A model generated the notes under the pieces. The model was not told the DNA's origin. It was given only the letters and a program-made list of their open reading frames with translations, and did no database searches. From Owenia fusiformis (taxonomy: Eukaryota), in contig CAIIXF020000001.1 of NCBI GenBank assembly GCA_903813345.2, positions 45,508,001 through 45,572,000 of the forward strand: a stretch of 64,000 bases of DNA, given 5' to 3'. The translations under genes and the position numbers were made by a program. Positions 42,301-51,764 of this stretch are shown here, piece by piece (the stretch's first letter is position 1; each line of letters starts with the position of its first letter).

Positions 42301-45300
42301 CATATGCTGAACATATTGAGGTAATAATCGAGAAAACAAATGATTTTTGCCGCTATAGTTGAACGATCCGACTTTTAAGTCTGTTTGATGATATATCTTC
42401 TTAATAATTAAATCTCATACGTTGCTTGTTGAATTTTGTTGGGCGTAGCTTCGAGTAGTAATAACAATTTCATCCGATACGTTGAGACATGATCAGTATG
42501 GGTCAATATATGATATGTGACATCTAAGCAATTTGAGGACATTGACCTACCCTGCGCGCAGAGTCTAGTTATTAACTACGAAGCTCTCTTTTGAGAAGCA
42601 AAGTCGAACGAATGCAAAGAGTAATACATTGACCACAAAATACAGTTGATCAATGATTATTGATTAATTCATGTGTTTTAATACTAATATTTTAGACTAA
42701 TTTTCCAGTGTTTAATCAAATCAGATGTGATTTTAATGGTACAATATTAGCGACCATCACCAGACATTAAGAGTTTCACGCAATGTATCACGAAATTTGA
42801 TCTTTGGTCATATCATTTGTGGAGAACATCTGTGTACATCTTAGATCATTGTTTTAAACAACAACAATGCTCTTGCCGGCATTTTAAGTACACCATCTTC
42901 AATTCTAGAGATGCACGGTTCTCAAGCGCCACAAGCTACGGACGTCCTATCATTCTTATCATTCTCCATTTCTTGTCCATGATATCAAAGTTCTCTCTCT
43001 ATGGGGCTTTTCATCTTCTTCTAGCGCCCCTGTTTCTTTTATCCTATGTCATTTCAAATATGTGACTTTCTCCAGTGCCATGGACCACTTTTCTTCAATT
43101 TGCTGTGTTTTTATCCTATTTCATTTCAGATGAATGCCGGTTCTCTCCTCTGATAATATTACCATTATTTTCTATTTCAGAAATGACAATGATCTCTAGA
43201 CCCATGTTCTTCTGCACATGTACTTGTGTTTGTCCCTATAGATATTAACTCTGTATCTCTATTGCCTTCGTTACTTTCGAATTCACCATTCTCATTTGTT
43301 GTAGATATGCTGGAGTTCTCCCCCGTCATGAATCTGTGGACGTTCTTGCGCTTATTTCCCATTGGCTATGTTACTTCAATAGCGCCATCAACCCTGTTAT
43401 CTACAACTTCATGAGTGGTAAGTCAAACATCAATATACACTAGCGACCTTCCTTTAGATGTTTCCCGATTAATGTTAAGGTTTTTGCTTGTAGTGTGTGC
43501 ATAGTACATGTGTATGAACTCTTAATTCATTCAATTCATTTGAGGCCGTAATCAAACGCGGTCCATGACCGCGTTTGACAGTTTATGCATATTGTAAACC
43601 TTTTCTGAAAATGGCGTTTAGTGTTTTTAATTGACGCAATGCATTGATTCGGAGACGACACTTAAAAGCTTGATTTTTCAAGTTTAACGATGATGTATGA
43701 AATTATAATTGAGCAGTGCAATTGGCGTCAGTTATAAACTAAGTGTCTCAAACAATTCACCAATACTATTGTGTTATCCTAATTATACTGAGAATTCTTG
43801 TTCAGTGTTACCAGGGTTGCTGGAAGATTTCCGAATGGCATCATCACCCATCCTTTTACCCTTGCATAAAAGACTAGATAGATTCTTTGTTCACGGAGTG
43901 TAGTATTGCATCATGAGATTTCTTTCCAAGGGTATACTTTCAGTCCTATGTTCTGTTCATTTCAGAGAAATACCGTAAAGAGTTTAGTTTAGCATGCAAG
44001 ATATGCTTCAAATTATGCAGTTCAACCACCTCATCAAACCCCGAATCGATTCCAAACCGACGTTTCCAGCAACACGTACCACTCATCAAGACTCCAAATG
44101 GATCATCCCAGTGTGTCCACAACCCTAGGCAAATTCAGTAACTACCTCTCCATCTCCTTTGTTGTTAGTTATAGCCGATCGGGTATTGTTGTAGTGCCGT
44201 TTGAGAAGTGACAATGGTATTGGTTAAATGTATGTGATTTATTTTGCTTTGTGTTTATTTTTTGTTGATATACATTGCCACTGGTGATCCACTCGATTAC
44301 GCTGGTTACCAAAACGAACCGTTTTGGTAACAAAATGTCGGAACGTCGAAGGCACGATTTTTCTTTTTTCCTTATTTCACGCGTTGTAGGCAGAATCCCC
44401 ACGATGTTTTTTCTCACAACGTGCATCAGTATCATATGTTTTAGAAAATGTACATGTTTGCGAAAAAATAGCTCAGAGGACAACAGAATCGTCGATTTAC
44501 TTCCTCACTTAAGTTACATAAACGGTTTTTCGAAAAACAGTTAAGATCTGCACTTTTAACCCAAACCGTTTATGTAACTTAAGTGAGGAAGTAAATCGAC
44601 GATTCTGTTGTCTTCTGAACTATTTGTTCGCAAATATGTACACTTTCTTCAACATATGATACTGATACACGTTTGTGTTAAAAAATGTCGTGGGAAATCT
44701 GCCTACAACGTGTAAAATAAGGAAACGAGAAATATTGTACCTTCCGGATGTTCCGACATTTTGTTACCAAAACGAACCGTTTTGGTAACCAGCGTCATCG
44801 AGTGGATCACCAGTGATTGCTGTGGTTGTCTTGGTGTAGAACTATTCTTTAATTGAAATCATGCAAATAAATATTGCAGTTATTGCTTAAGTATTCATAT
44901 TATGACTATTGTACTTCCCTACTTTAGTGACCGCTTTAATTTCAGTGGTGAATTTGTCAGGACCCCGAATTTCGCCAATTCAAGTCGTCGCCAATTTACA
45001 TTTATACATAGTAAATGATACATATGCTCAACAAAATCAGTGAAAATGTCAGTTGTTGCCCAAATTTGCAAAATTAGCCAAATGAAATTCCTTTTAGTTT
45101 TATTGCAAAAATTAGCCAAGTTAAATCTCATTTTGTTTTCTTGTATTTTTTAAATCAACCAAATGGTTGCCTTGTATAGAACTATTCTTTGATTGAAATC
45201 ATACAATGAAATATTGTAGAGGTTGCCAGGTTTAAATGTGTGTTCTTTAATTGAGAGCCATGCAGTGTTTTGTGTGGGAGTTTGCTCATTTGCATGATCG

Positions 45301-46533
45301 TCTATTATATAGAACACTTTTAAAAAGTGGAAACTGGCTAACAAAACAAATTATGTAGTCGTGATTGCCGCGAGACTCATGGGATACGGTTCGTGTCGTA
45401 ATGAAGCTTATATTATCCCCTATGGACGTTCGCATAACAGAGCAAAATGTCAACTCATTGTATCATATTTATTAAAAGAGCACGACGAATATTCGAAGGA
45501 CTTCGTGTCCAATTAACTTTCGCTGGTGTAATCTTACTAGTGTACATGTCATATGTGCCAGATATTAGCTCTAGACAATTCACTTGTAGCTCATTTCACC
45601 TGTTCTTTCCTTAATTATAAAATCAACCTAAGTATACTGTCCGTTGAAAGCTGCACTGCCAGGGAGTTCAGATTCAATTCAGTTTTGAAAAATGGGAGCC
45701 CGTTTTCTGTGATTGGAACTACGGTGCATATTTAATCAGTTCATAGTCATAGTTTCAGCTAATATTCAAAGATAACTTTGCAAAAATCTGAGCTCTTCGC
45801 TATTTTCCCGTTTCTCTTATTTTTTTACAAAATATCCAAAAATGACATGTATATAACGCACACCAAAACGACTCCATGATTTGTGCCTACTGAGTTTGTG
45901 TTAAATGTAGTTGAAAAATAAAATTATAATCATCACAGGGTGTGTACCAAATTAAGCGTGGCAGTTGAACGCGCAGCTGGGTAAGGTACAACACGAGGGT
46001 GATGAAATTTGAGCAAACTGATGTTTTCATCGTTTCAATAAGATCTGGTCTAGTTTCTAGATATTTCTATAAATGTCTATAATAACATCATAGACAGTGA
46101 ACTTGACAAAGTATTTCATAGTTAAACCTTCAAAGGCTCAGAATGTAGTATACGGTTTAACGCGGGGTAACTTAACGGTAAAGTACAAGGAATTTGAATT
46201 TGCGTTATACCGGGATGTCCATTTTCCTTCTGACTCGAAAGAGGGGACATCCTAATAGCCACTTACATTAATAGATTTGATTTTCCCATTTTTATAATTC
46301 TGCTTTATTTGGCCTTACTTAAAACATTGACAGCGTCCTTTTCCATTTCAGCTAAATTCAGGCAAGAGTTCCATACGGCGTGTCCTTGTTGTTTCTACGC
46401 ATGCAATAGGGTAGCGAGGAGAAAAGGACGATACGATAGCTACTCCTATACGTACAAATACTCGAACAACATTAGTCAGACTGAACAGATGTCAATGTCG
46501 GCAGTCAATTCAAACGCAAACAGTGTTGGTTGA
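5855..46533 (+). CDS. Orexin/allatotropin receptor-like class A GPCR, spliced gene join(5855..6307,41060..41453,42173..42320,43305..43417,46352..46533), 429 aa
   Basis: All introns are GT-AG with matching phases (0,1,2,1) and give a continuous 7TM frame. Family motifs: FIFPTPPEW, GIVGNFLVC, NHHMRTVTNYFIVNLA, CLPPT..DVTETW, LERWYAICHPL, RRKAAKMLIAVV, CYLPVH, SHWLCYFNSAINPVIYNFMS, KFRQEF. Confidence 0.93.
9900..12865 (+). repeat. Diverged ~530-bp tandem units inside the CACTA-like element
   Basis: The block taatccctaagtatt...ggattaatttcta...aaattaagttttt...ggattcaatcgat recurs near 10388, 10918, 12055 and 12605, with a partial copy near 9900. Confidence 0.75.
12890..15132 (+). repeat. 154-bp satellite array (~14 copies) ending in one inverted unit
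   Basis: ggctcatgagtatgtttc recurs at 154-bp spacing (12907, 13061, 13215, 13369...). 14991-15132 is a reverse-complement unit. Confidence 0.92.
18074..20041. mobile_element. Element with ~150-bp inverted arms and an internal long palindrome
   Basis: 18074-18220 is the reverse complement of 19889-20041 (aatacagaaaatattggtacggaggggacattctcagtagcaataca). Hairpin at 18242-18380; second hairpin at ~18839-18941. Confidence 0.75.
20728..20982. mobile_element. MITE, ~255 bp
   Basis: Imperfect TIRs agtccatttctccaaagttagtaaagtt / aactttactaattttagaaaaatagact; internal AAGTTACGA/TCGTAACTT motifs. Confidence 0.55.
24363..24963 (-). mobile_element. Tc1/mariner deletion derivative with a transposase C-terminal remnant
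   Basis: TA|CAGGGTGGACCAAAAACGCCACTTTT ... AAAAGTGGCGTTTATTGGCACACCCTG|TA. The minus strand encodes fragments KTPNLKMLEAKADVERNLANISL and RLKAIIKEDGGPIE, typical of a Tc1/mariner C-terminus. Confidence 0.8.
24979..26072. mobile_element. Tc1/mariner-type non-autonomous element with long (~155 bp) TIRs
   Basis: TA|CAGGGTGGTCCAAAAAAATTGGAACATTTG ... CAAATGTTCCAATTTTTTTGGACCACCCTG|TA. Confidence 0.88.
28100..28740 (+). repeat. Diverged ~160-bp tandem repeat (~4 units), TGACCT-rich, possibly a HINE internal array
   Basis: Recurring gactgacttcaattttt...atctacaagttttcagaagttcaaatctgactttagattt...tttgaccttcaa. Confidence 0.7.
29199..29270. repeat. ~70-bp hairpin
   Basis: taggcccgggagcatgtataaaa...ttttatacatgttcccgggccta. 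Confidence 0.8.
30919..32312 (-). mobile_element. 5'-truncated, frameshifted Tx1/L1-like LINE (C-terminal ORF2 with CCHC zinc finger, 3'UTR, poly-A tail)
   Basis: Overlapping ORFs 31610-32197 (EYIWNNEFIKIN..., WISKGILQIKDL) and 31209-31658 (CDFCKNDKIDDTIHFFIECP). A 22-nt T run at 30919-30940 is the poly-A tail and begins within an AATAAA on the minus strand. Confidence 0.88.
34797..35263. repeat. Two adjacent long imperfect palindromes (34797-34934 and ~35123-35263)
   Basis: tgatatgaggaatatc...gatattcctcatatca with centre cccaagggaacgcagtgaccgaggg; atcaaatatcaacac..gtgttgatatttgat with centre gagtgaacgaagcgaatga. Confidence 0.75.
37217..37737. mobile_element. Degraded Tc1/mariner-type MITE
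   Basis: TIRs CAGGGTGAGCCAA / TTGGCTCGCCCTG; TA TSD not intact. Confidence 0.55.
38079..38620 (-). mobile_element. HINE/Helentron-associated element, 3' part (same family as 62468-63800)
   Basis: aactagagagcagcaactccattgaggagcaagtcccac is the reverse complement of the 3' stem-loop end near 63760-63798. Internal ggccatcttgaa...agagctcctttgt units. Confidence 0.7.
38641..38900 (+). repeat. Dispersed repeat; inverted copy at ~50380-50640
   Basis: caacattcgaaattcgtatgttcatcaatatttactgagaatggtgccacaattgaagtaaacctctgg matches the reverse complement of 50570-50640. Confidence 0.8.
40482..40680 (+). repeat. ~200-bp dispersed direct repeat; second copy at 45932-46123
   Basis: atcacagggtgtgtaccaaat...agttgaacgcgcag...acacgagggtgatga...tagacagtgaac...ttcatagtt is shared by both copies. 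Confidence 0.85.
41060..41453 (+). CDS. GPCR coding exon 2 (TM3-TM5)
   Basis: tttgcag|GGCGTG acceptor. GVSVAVSVLTLSIISLERWYAICHPL...ALYFIPLCFMSFTY. Donor CAG|gtaaca, phase 1. Confidence 0.93.
42173..42320 (+). CDS. GPCR coding exon 3 (ICL3-TM6)
   Basis: ttgtag|GC acceptor. QLQGRRKAAKMLIAVVIMFAICYLPVHMLNILR. Donor GAG|gtaata, phase 2. Confidence 0.92.
43305..43417 (+). CDS. GPCR coding exon 4 (ECL3-TM7)
   Basis: ttgtag|A acceptor. YAGVLPRHESVDVLALISHWLCYFNSAINPVIYNFMS (NPxxY motif). Donor G|gtaagt, phase 1. Not in the frame shown by the ORF track. Confidence 0.93.
43966..44141 (+). CDS. GPCR alternative terminal exon 5a (helix 8 + C-tail variant; 427-aa isoform)
   Basis: ttctgttcatttcag|AG acceptor, phase 1. 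EKYRKEFSLACKICFKLCSSTTSSNPESIPNRRFQQHVPLIKTPNGSSQCVHNPRQIQ*. The start aligns with exon 5b AKFRQEFHTACPCCFYAC. Confidence 0.7.
44279..44815. mobile_element. Foldback MITE with CACTGGT termini and 5-bp TSD (Transib-like), 537 bp
   Basis: ATTGC|CACTGGTGATCCACTCGAT ... ATCGAGTGGATCACCAGTG|ATTGC. Nearly the whole element is one inverted repeat (~260-bp arms). Confidence 0.88.
45932..46123 (+). repeat. Second copy of the 40482-40680 repeat
   Basis: Direct alignment by eye with small indels. Confidence 0.85.
46352..46533 (+). CDS. GPCR terminal exon 5b (helix 8 + C-tail)
   Basis: ccttttccatttcag|CT acceptor, phase 1. AKFRQEFHTACPCCFYACNRVARRKGRYDSYSYTYKYSNNISQTEQMSMSAVNSNANSVG*. Confidence 0.88.
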
Positions 46534-47182
46534 TGTAGAATAGAGTGGTGGATATAACAGTTTTGGAGACAGACTCCTATACACATGGTACACCCATGTT
46601 ATTAAAAGTGGGCTTGCTATAGCTGATGATCGTATACATATTATAAAATATGATATAGCGACAAGAATTTAACATTCTAGCCTAGCCTATATTAATGATT
46701 TTGTGATCTGATCGAAGGTAAATCTATAAGAGATGCCATCGTGATCGGGGATAAATCTGATATACTGTATACACGTGTATGAATCATATGAAATAACCTC
46801 TATCTGTATATAAACGACAATTAAAATACAATATTATTATATTGTCTTGTAATCAATATAACAACTGGTAGATTATGTTGAAAAATGTGTCCTTTGTTAA
46901 TTTGGAACAGTTTGCTGTAAAATGAACTGACGACTGGCTCAGTACGTCAGTAGTTAAGAAAGTTTAAGTGCACATGTACGTTGTAGGATGGGGTCAAATT
47001 CCAAAGCATTTTCTCACATTGCCTTTGTGATGTGTCAGAGTCTAAAAATATATAATATAAATATATATAAATAGCATAACCCGGGCCAAATATCACCTTA
47101 GCCATTTAGTAAAGGATATTGGGAATTGTATGCATCAGCATTGCATTTGCAGTTAGCTAAGATCTTACTGAAATATCAGTTT

Positions 47183-47677
47183 CACTGGTCCCCACCTGGT
47201 TAAAACGATGTTACGTCTTTATAACAAAATGAATGAACTTCCTTCTGAGGAAATCATTTTCACCAAGAATTTGTGTCCAAATATTTTACCCGTATTTATT
47301 ATCATTAAAACGTTGGTCAGTCACGAGCAAATATATCCGACAGCTCCAATAATCGAGTAAGAATTTCTCACTTCAGCAACCAGGACGTTATAGGACGATA
47401 ACACAACGCAACCGAGACGTTGTAAAATCCGTCAGATAACGTCCTGGTTGCTGAAGTGAGCAATTTTTACACGATTATTGGAGCTGCTTGATATATATGT
47501 TCGTGACTGACTAGATTTTCAGTAACCGGATGTTACTATATACATGCTGGTAAAATATTTGGATTCCAATCGACCTCTTTGTTGGTGAGAATGTTGAAAA
47601 TAAAGATTTCATCTGATGGAAATTCATCCATTTTTTTATAAAGACGTAACGTCTTTATAACCAGGTGGGGACCAGTG
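47183..47677. mobile_element. Foldback MITE with CACTGGT termini and 5-bp TSD (Transib-like), 495 bp
   Basis: AGTTT|CACTGGTCCCCACCTGGTTA ... TAACCAGGTGGGGACCAGTG|AGTTT. Inverted arms run to ctcacttcagcaaccaggacgttat / ataacgtcctggttgctgaagtgag. Confidence 0.88.
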
Positions 47678-48142
47678 AGTTTGGCACATTTCTTCATGCG
47701 AGGGAAAATTACTGTAGTTCAAATCTCGAGTCACTGCATAATGAATACTGCATAATAGTATTTGCTGATTCTTACCTATACGGGTACATGTTTCGATACT
47801 TTCCTTCCCAGCTGGTTTTCCATCTTTATTCTCAAAGAAAAATCTCTCAAGAGAACTCTTGGTAATTTTAAAATCAGATAACTTCTCGAATCTTCAATTC
47901 ATTGAAATATATTGTATATTGCAATTGTAACTTGATGGTGGTGATTTAGTATATCTAGTTTTGAGATTACCCAGGTGACATATTAGAATATTTGTGTAAT
48001 TAGCAATTTTCAGTACGTACGATATCTATCAACTACTTTGTGGTAGCATTGTTCCATTGCGGATCCATTTAGTAAACTATGGTAGTCAAACATGAAGTAT
48101 TTCTACTTCTATGAATGTTCATCTCTCTGGTCAGTACTAATG

Positions 48143-48288
48143 TACTATTAACAAAGTCGTTGATTTTCTTTCTTAGAGATATTTATTTTTCTTTTGACGT
48201 TTCGTAGGATGTCCATCCATTCCCATCTTTATGCCAAAAGAAAAATAAATATCTCTTAGAAAGAAAATTAACAACTTTGTTAATAGTA
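48143..48288. repeat. ~145-bp palindrome with a GACGTTTCG-containing loop
   Basis: tactattaacaaagtcgttgattttctttc... / ...gaaagaaaattaacaactttgttaatagta. Confidence 0.75.
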
Positions 48289-48664
48289 TGAAGTATTTCG
48301 CCGGGATGTCATAGTTGCTCATTGGCAGTTTGGACATTATGACATTATACCTATCCTTTAGTGACAGTATGTAATTTCAGAGTATTCGACAAAAAAATCC
48401 TGCAGGGTAGATCTCGTGTAGAGTACATGTTGCAATATCGTGTTTTCTCATATTACTTCTCGATCCGCTATGACATGTTTCTTTATTCTCGTCTTAGACT
48501 CGATAATGGATGACTATCAAAGTTCACCAATAATGGGACAGCGTAGCCTCATATAATAACCATATCTTGGGCAACAATTAACGTGCCTCTACCAGTTTAT
48601 TTAAAGTAAAGAGTCGAGAGATTTAAAAATATAACCAACGTCTTCCTCTTCATCGGGTCCAACA

Positions 48665-48844
48665 AATAGTACAATAACGTCATTTCGAAGGGCAATATAG
48701 TGAAATATTGGACCGAGGGCCAAAGGCCCAAGGTCCAATATTTCTCTATATTGCCCGCAGATTGCTCAGGTCGATATAGTAAAATGAATGCCTTCTAAAC
48801 TAGCACTAAAACCCCTAGAACTGGCCCGGCAAGGTGGTAATAAT
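48665..48844 (+). mobile_element. Internally deleted copy of the 1382-1716 repeat
   Basis: Same ends; lacks ~143 bp and a 12-bp segment. Confidence 0.8.
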
Positions 48845-50379
48845 GGTTATTTATTTACACAAATGGCAAATGCTTCTTCTGTAAAAAATCTGAATGATGG
48901 ATGATAAATTAGAAAATTAAAGAATAAGCGTTTTAGAGCAAAATTAGTTTTATTTATTGAACGACCTGAATTTCTGTTTCAATCTTTATTTATTCATTTT
49001 GATCATCACATCATTATATTTTAATCATTATTCATCATCATTCATCATTTAGGTTAGGTCATTCGAGATATGCGCATTATGTACGAGACCCCAAACTGTA
49101 TATGCACATTGTACGATACTTATACACTTTATGTACAAGAACAAACTGTATATGCACATTATGTATGAGACTTAACTTTATATGCGAGTAATGGGATAGA
49201 TGTAAGTTGAACGATATAGTCCCCCTTGACAAGCATAACTAGAAAGACTAGAATATTCCAGATGCATGGGCATAAAAATCAAGATATTTTTCTTAAAAGG
49301 TTGAGCTGATTAGTAATACTATTCTTACTGAAAATTGTTTTTACTTGATTGGTACCTGTCATGAGATAGTAATTGTGATAAGATAAGTAATTCCCATGAT
49401 TACAGTCGGAGGGCTTGCCATATTGCCATACCTAGTTTCTTACGTATATCATTCGTAGTATTGTGCGATAGTATGTGGAGAGACATGGATTGGGTGATCA
49501 TTAGTGGCTAGAAATATGACACTAACGATATGAGTATAGTAATTTCCAATGGATGATCGTATATGTTAAGCAAAGGCTGTTTTGATGAGAAGTTACAATA
49601 AAAGAAAAATAGTGAAATAATCAAATATAGTCAATTCATGATAAACTCGTTGTTAAGTCCCGTTGTCAAAGTACCCCAAGTTTTGAGAATGAAACAAAAG
49701 AAACGATTAAAAAATCAACATTGGTCAATAATGCACAATAATTCATAGAGAAAATGTCAAACCTCTCATATCAGAAACTTTGATGTAGCACATCACATTC
49801 CGTCTTAGGATGATGCTGGATATTATTGCACTACAGAAAAGAGCCACCTATAAGTAGATAAGTTAAATATTCCTAAAAATCAGACATGGCTCTAATAGAT
49901 GTCATCGCGATGAACATGCCTTCTATATTCGTCCATAATGATTGACATTCCGGTGTCAACGTTTAATTATAGACCGTACTAAATATGGTCCCTATATAAA
50001 TAAATAGTACTGGAAAATATTGTCCGGGACTATAAGGCCGATGGACTATATTTCCTTAGATAGTTTAGTCTGTCTGCTAGAACTGGGTGTCCGGGGCGGA
50101 CTTTAAATACCAAATTATGGTCTCTCAATAGTCACACCGGACCATATTTTTGAGTCATAAATGTCCAACAAATATTTTCTGGTTGTATGTCCACGGATAT
50201 GTATATAAATGAAGTCTCTGTATAAGTAATACTTCATTGACATACAAGACCGTTCATGTAATACTGCTATGTCACCCAAAACCAAAGGAATTTATTCTTT
50301 CACAAAAAACGGGCGTGATGATTCCCGTGGTGCCATCTCTAAATGATTCAAGTCAGTGAATCGAGTGTAATTATGCATG

Positions 50380-50640
50380 ACAAAAAATACATTTATGGTT
50401 GGTTCAAAATGAAAAATGACAAATAACATACATCTTTTGAAGTAGGGGTATACAGAAACATACTTGGAAATTCATAAAAGGCCATATCCCCAAGATTGCT
50501 TCACAAATATGTAACAGAACATCAAAATTATCATTTACACGTTTGCTGATAGGTTTATTGAAAATAATTAGCCAGAGGTTTACTTCAATTGTGGCACCAT
50601 TCTTAGTAAATATTGATGAACATACGAATATCGAATGTTG
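50380..50640 (-). repeat. Inverted copy of 38641-38900
   Basis: Reverse-complement similarity; also visible as similar spurious peptides (DVLLHI.EA.L.IW). Confidence 0.8.
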
Positions 50641-51368
50641 ACTATTGTTATTTGACTTGACCGTATAGTCAGCATAACGTCTAGTCAAAGTGGGCTCACA
50701 ATAAAGTCGCCAACGCCATCTTTAAATGACAAGTCTAAAGTCAACGACGGATACAACCTTTGCTTCTGTTTCCGCTGGTAATAATGACAAATGGATAACA
50801 GCTGGTCCAAAAGGTCGCCACTCCCCTCCATCTAAAGTACCAGTGATAAAAGCAGTGAGCAAGTCCGATGCTCAACAGGTCATCGAAAACCGAATACAAT
50901 TCAGATTAAAGGAATCAGAGAAGTGGCAGCAGGATACGTGTACGTTAGCAATATACAAGAGGAAGAGAACGTGTCTGACGTTGACATTCGAAATGCAATA
51001 TCTCAATACGCCGAAAATAAAGGCATTTGAGTGATGAAAGGTATTGAAAGCCGAAGTGGTTCATAACAGCAGAGTGTGCGATGATCAAGTTGGCGTCAAA
51101 CTGTACAATACCAGAGGATCATATTAGAGCAGTGATTAGTGATAATTTCTGACACAACTATCTCTTGTAGGATATGGGAACGCGCTTCGCATGTTACAGA
51201 CGTCTATGGCATTATTTTTGCTTCTTTATTCATTAAATTCAAATATATTCGATATATAAAATATTTATATTCGCTAAATCATTTTTCCATTCGGTAAAAA
51301 CGTTTATTTGTTTGTTACAGCAAATTAAGTTTTCAAAATAGCCAATCACTTAGTACTATGTGCATTAA

Positions 51369-51764
51369 AGGCCCAGAGATTTGGACCCGGGTGAAGCTAT
51401 TAATCAAGCTGTCACAGCTCAGCCAATCAGTGCTAATGTGGTCAGTTTAAATGTCCAGCATAAACAGAAACACATGGTCTGCTACAAGTGAGATACAGCC
51501 TTATGCTATGTTTGTTTACTTCTAGACGGATAAGAGATGCCCATTGGCTGAAATTTAAACTGTCAGTTATGCTAATGAGCATATTTACAAAAAGAAATTG
51601 TCTTATTTCACAAAAACTAAACAAAATTTTCAGAATTTGATTTGAAATTTATAGTCATTATAGATTCATGAACCACTGTAACAAAAAAGAGCTTGTAACT
51701 CATCATAACAATCTTGTTATAGCAGAAAGTTTGAAAATTTTCTCATTTTGTTTGAACTGGACCT
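51369..51764. mobile_element. Kolobok-like MITE
   Basis: TTAA|AGGCCCAG ... CTGGACCT|TTAA (TTAA TSD, purine-purine terminus). The TIR is short. Confidence 0.55.

Noticed and set aside
43226..43414. 62-aa ORF overlapping exon 4
   Set aside because: Wrong frame; the TM7/NPxxY sequence is in another frame fixed by splice phase.
50726..51160. 102-aa ORF that might be a retroelement ORF1 fragment
   Set aside because: No motif I can identify with confidence and no adjoining RT or splice structure.
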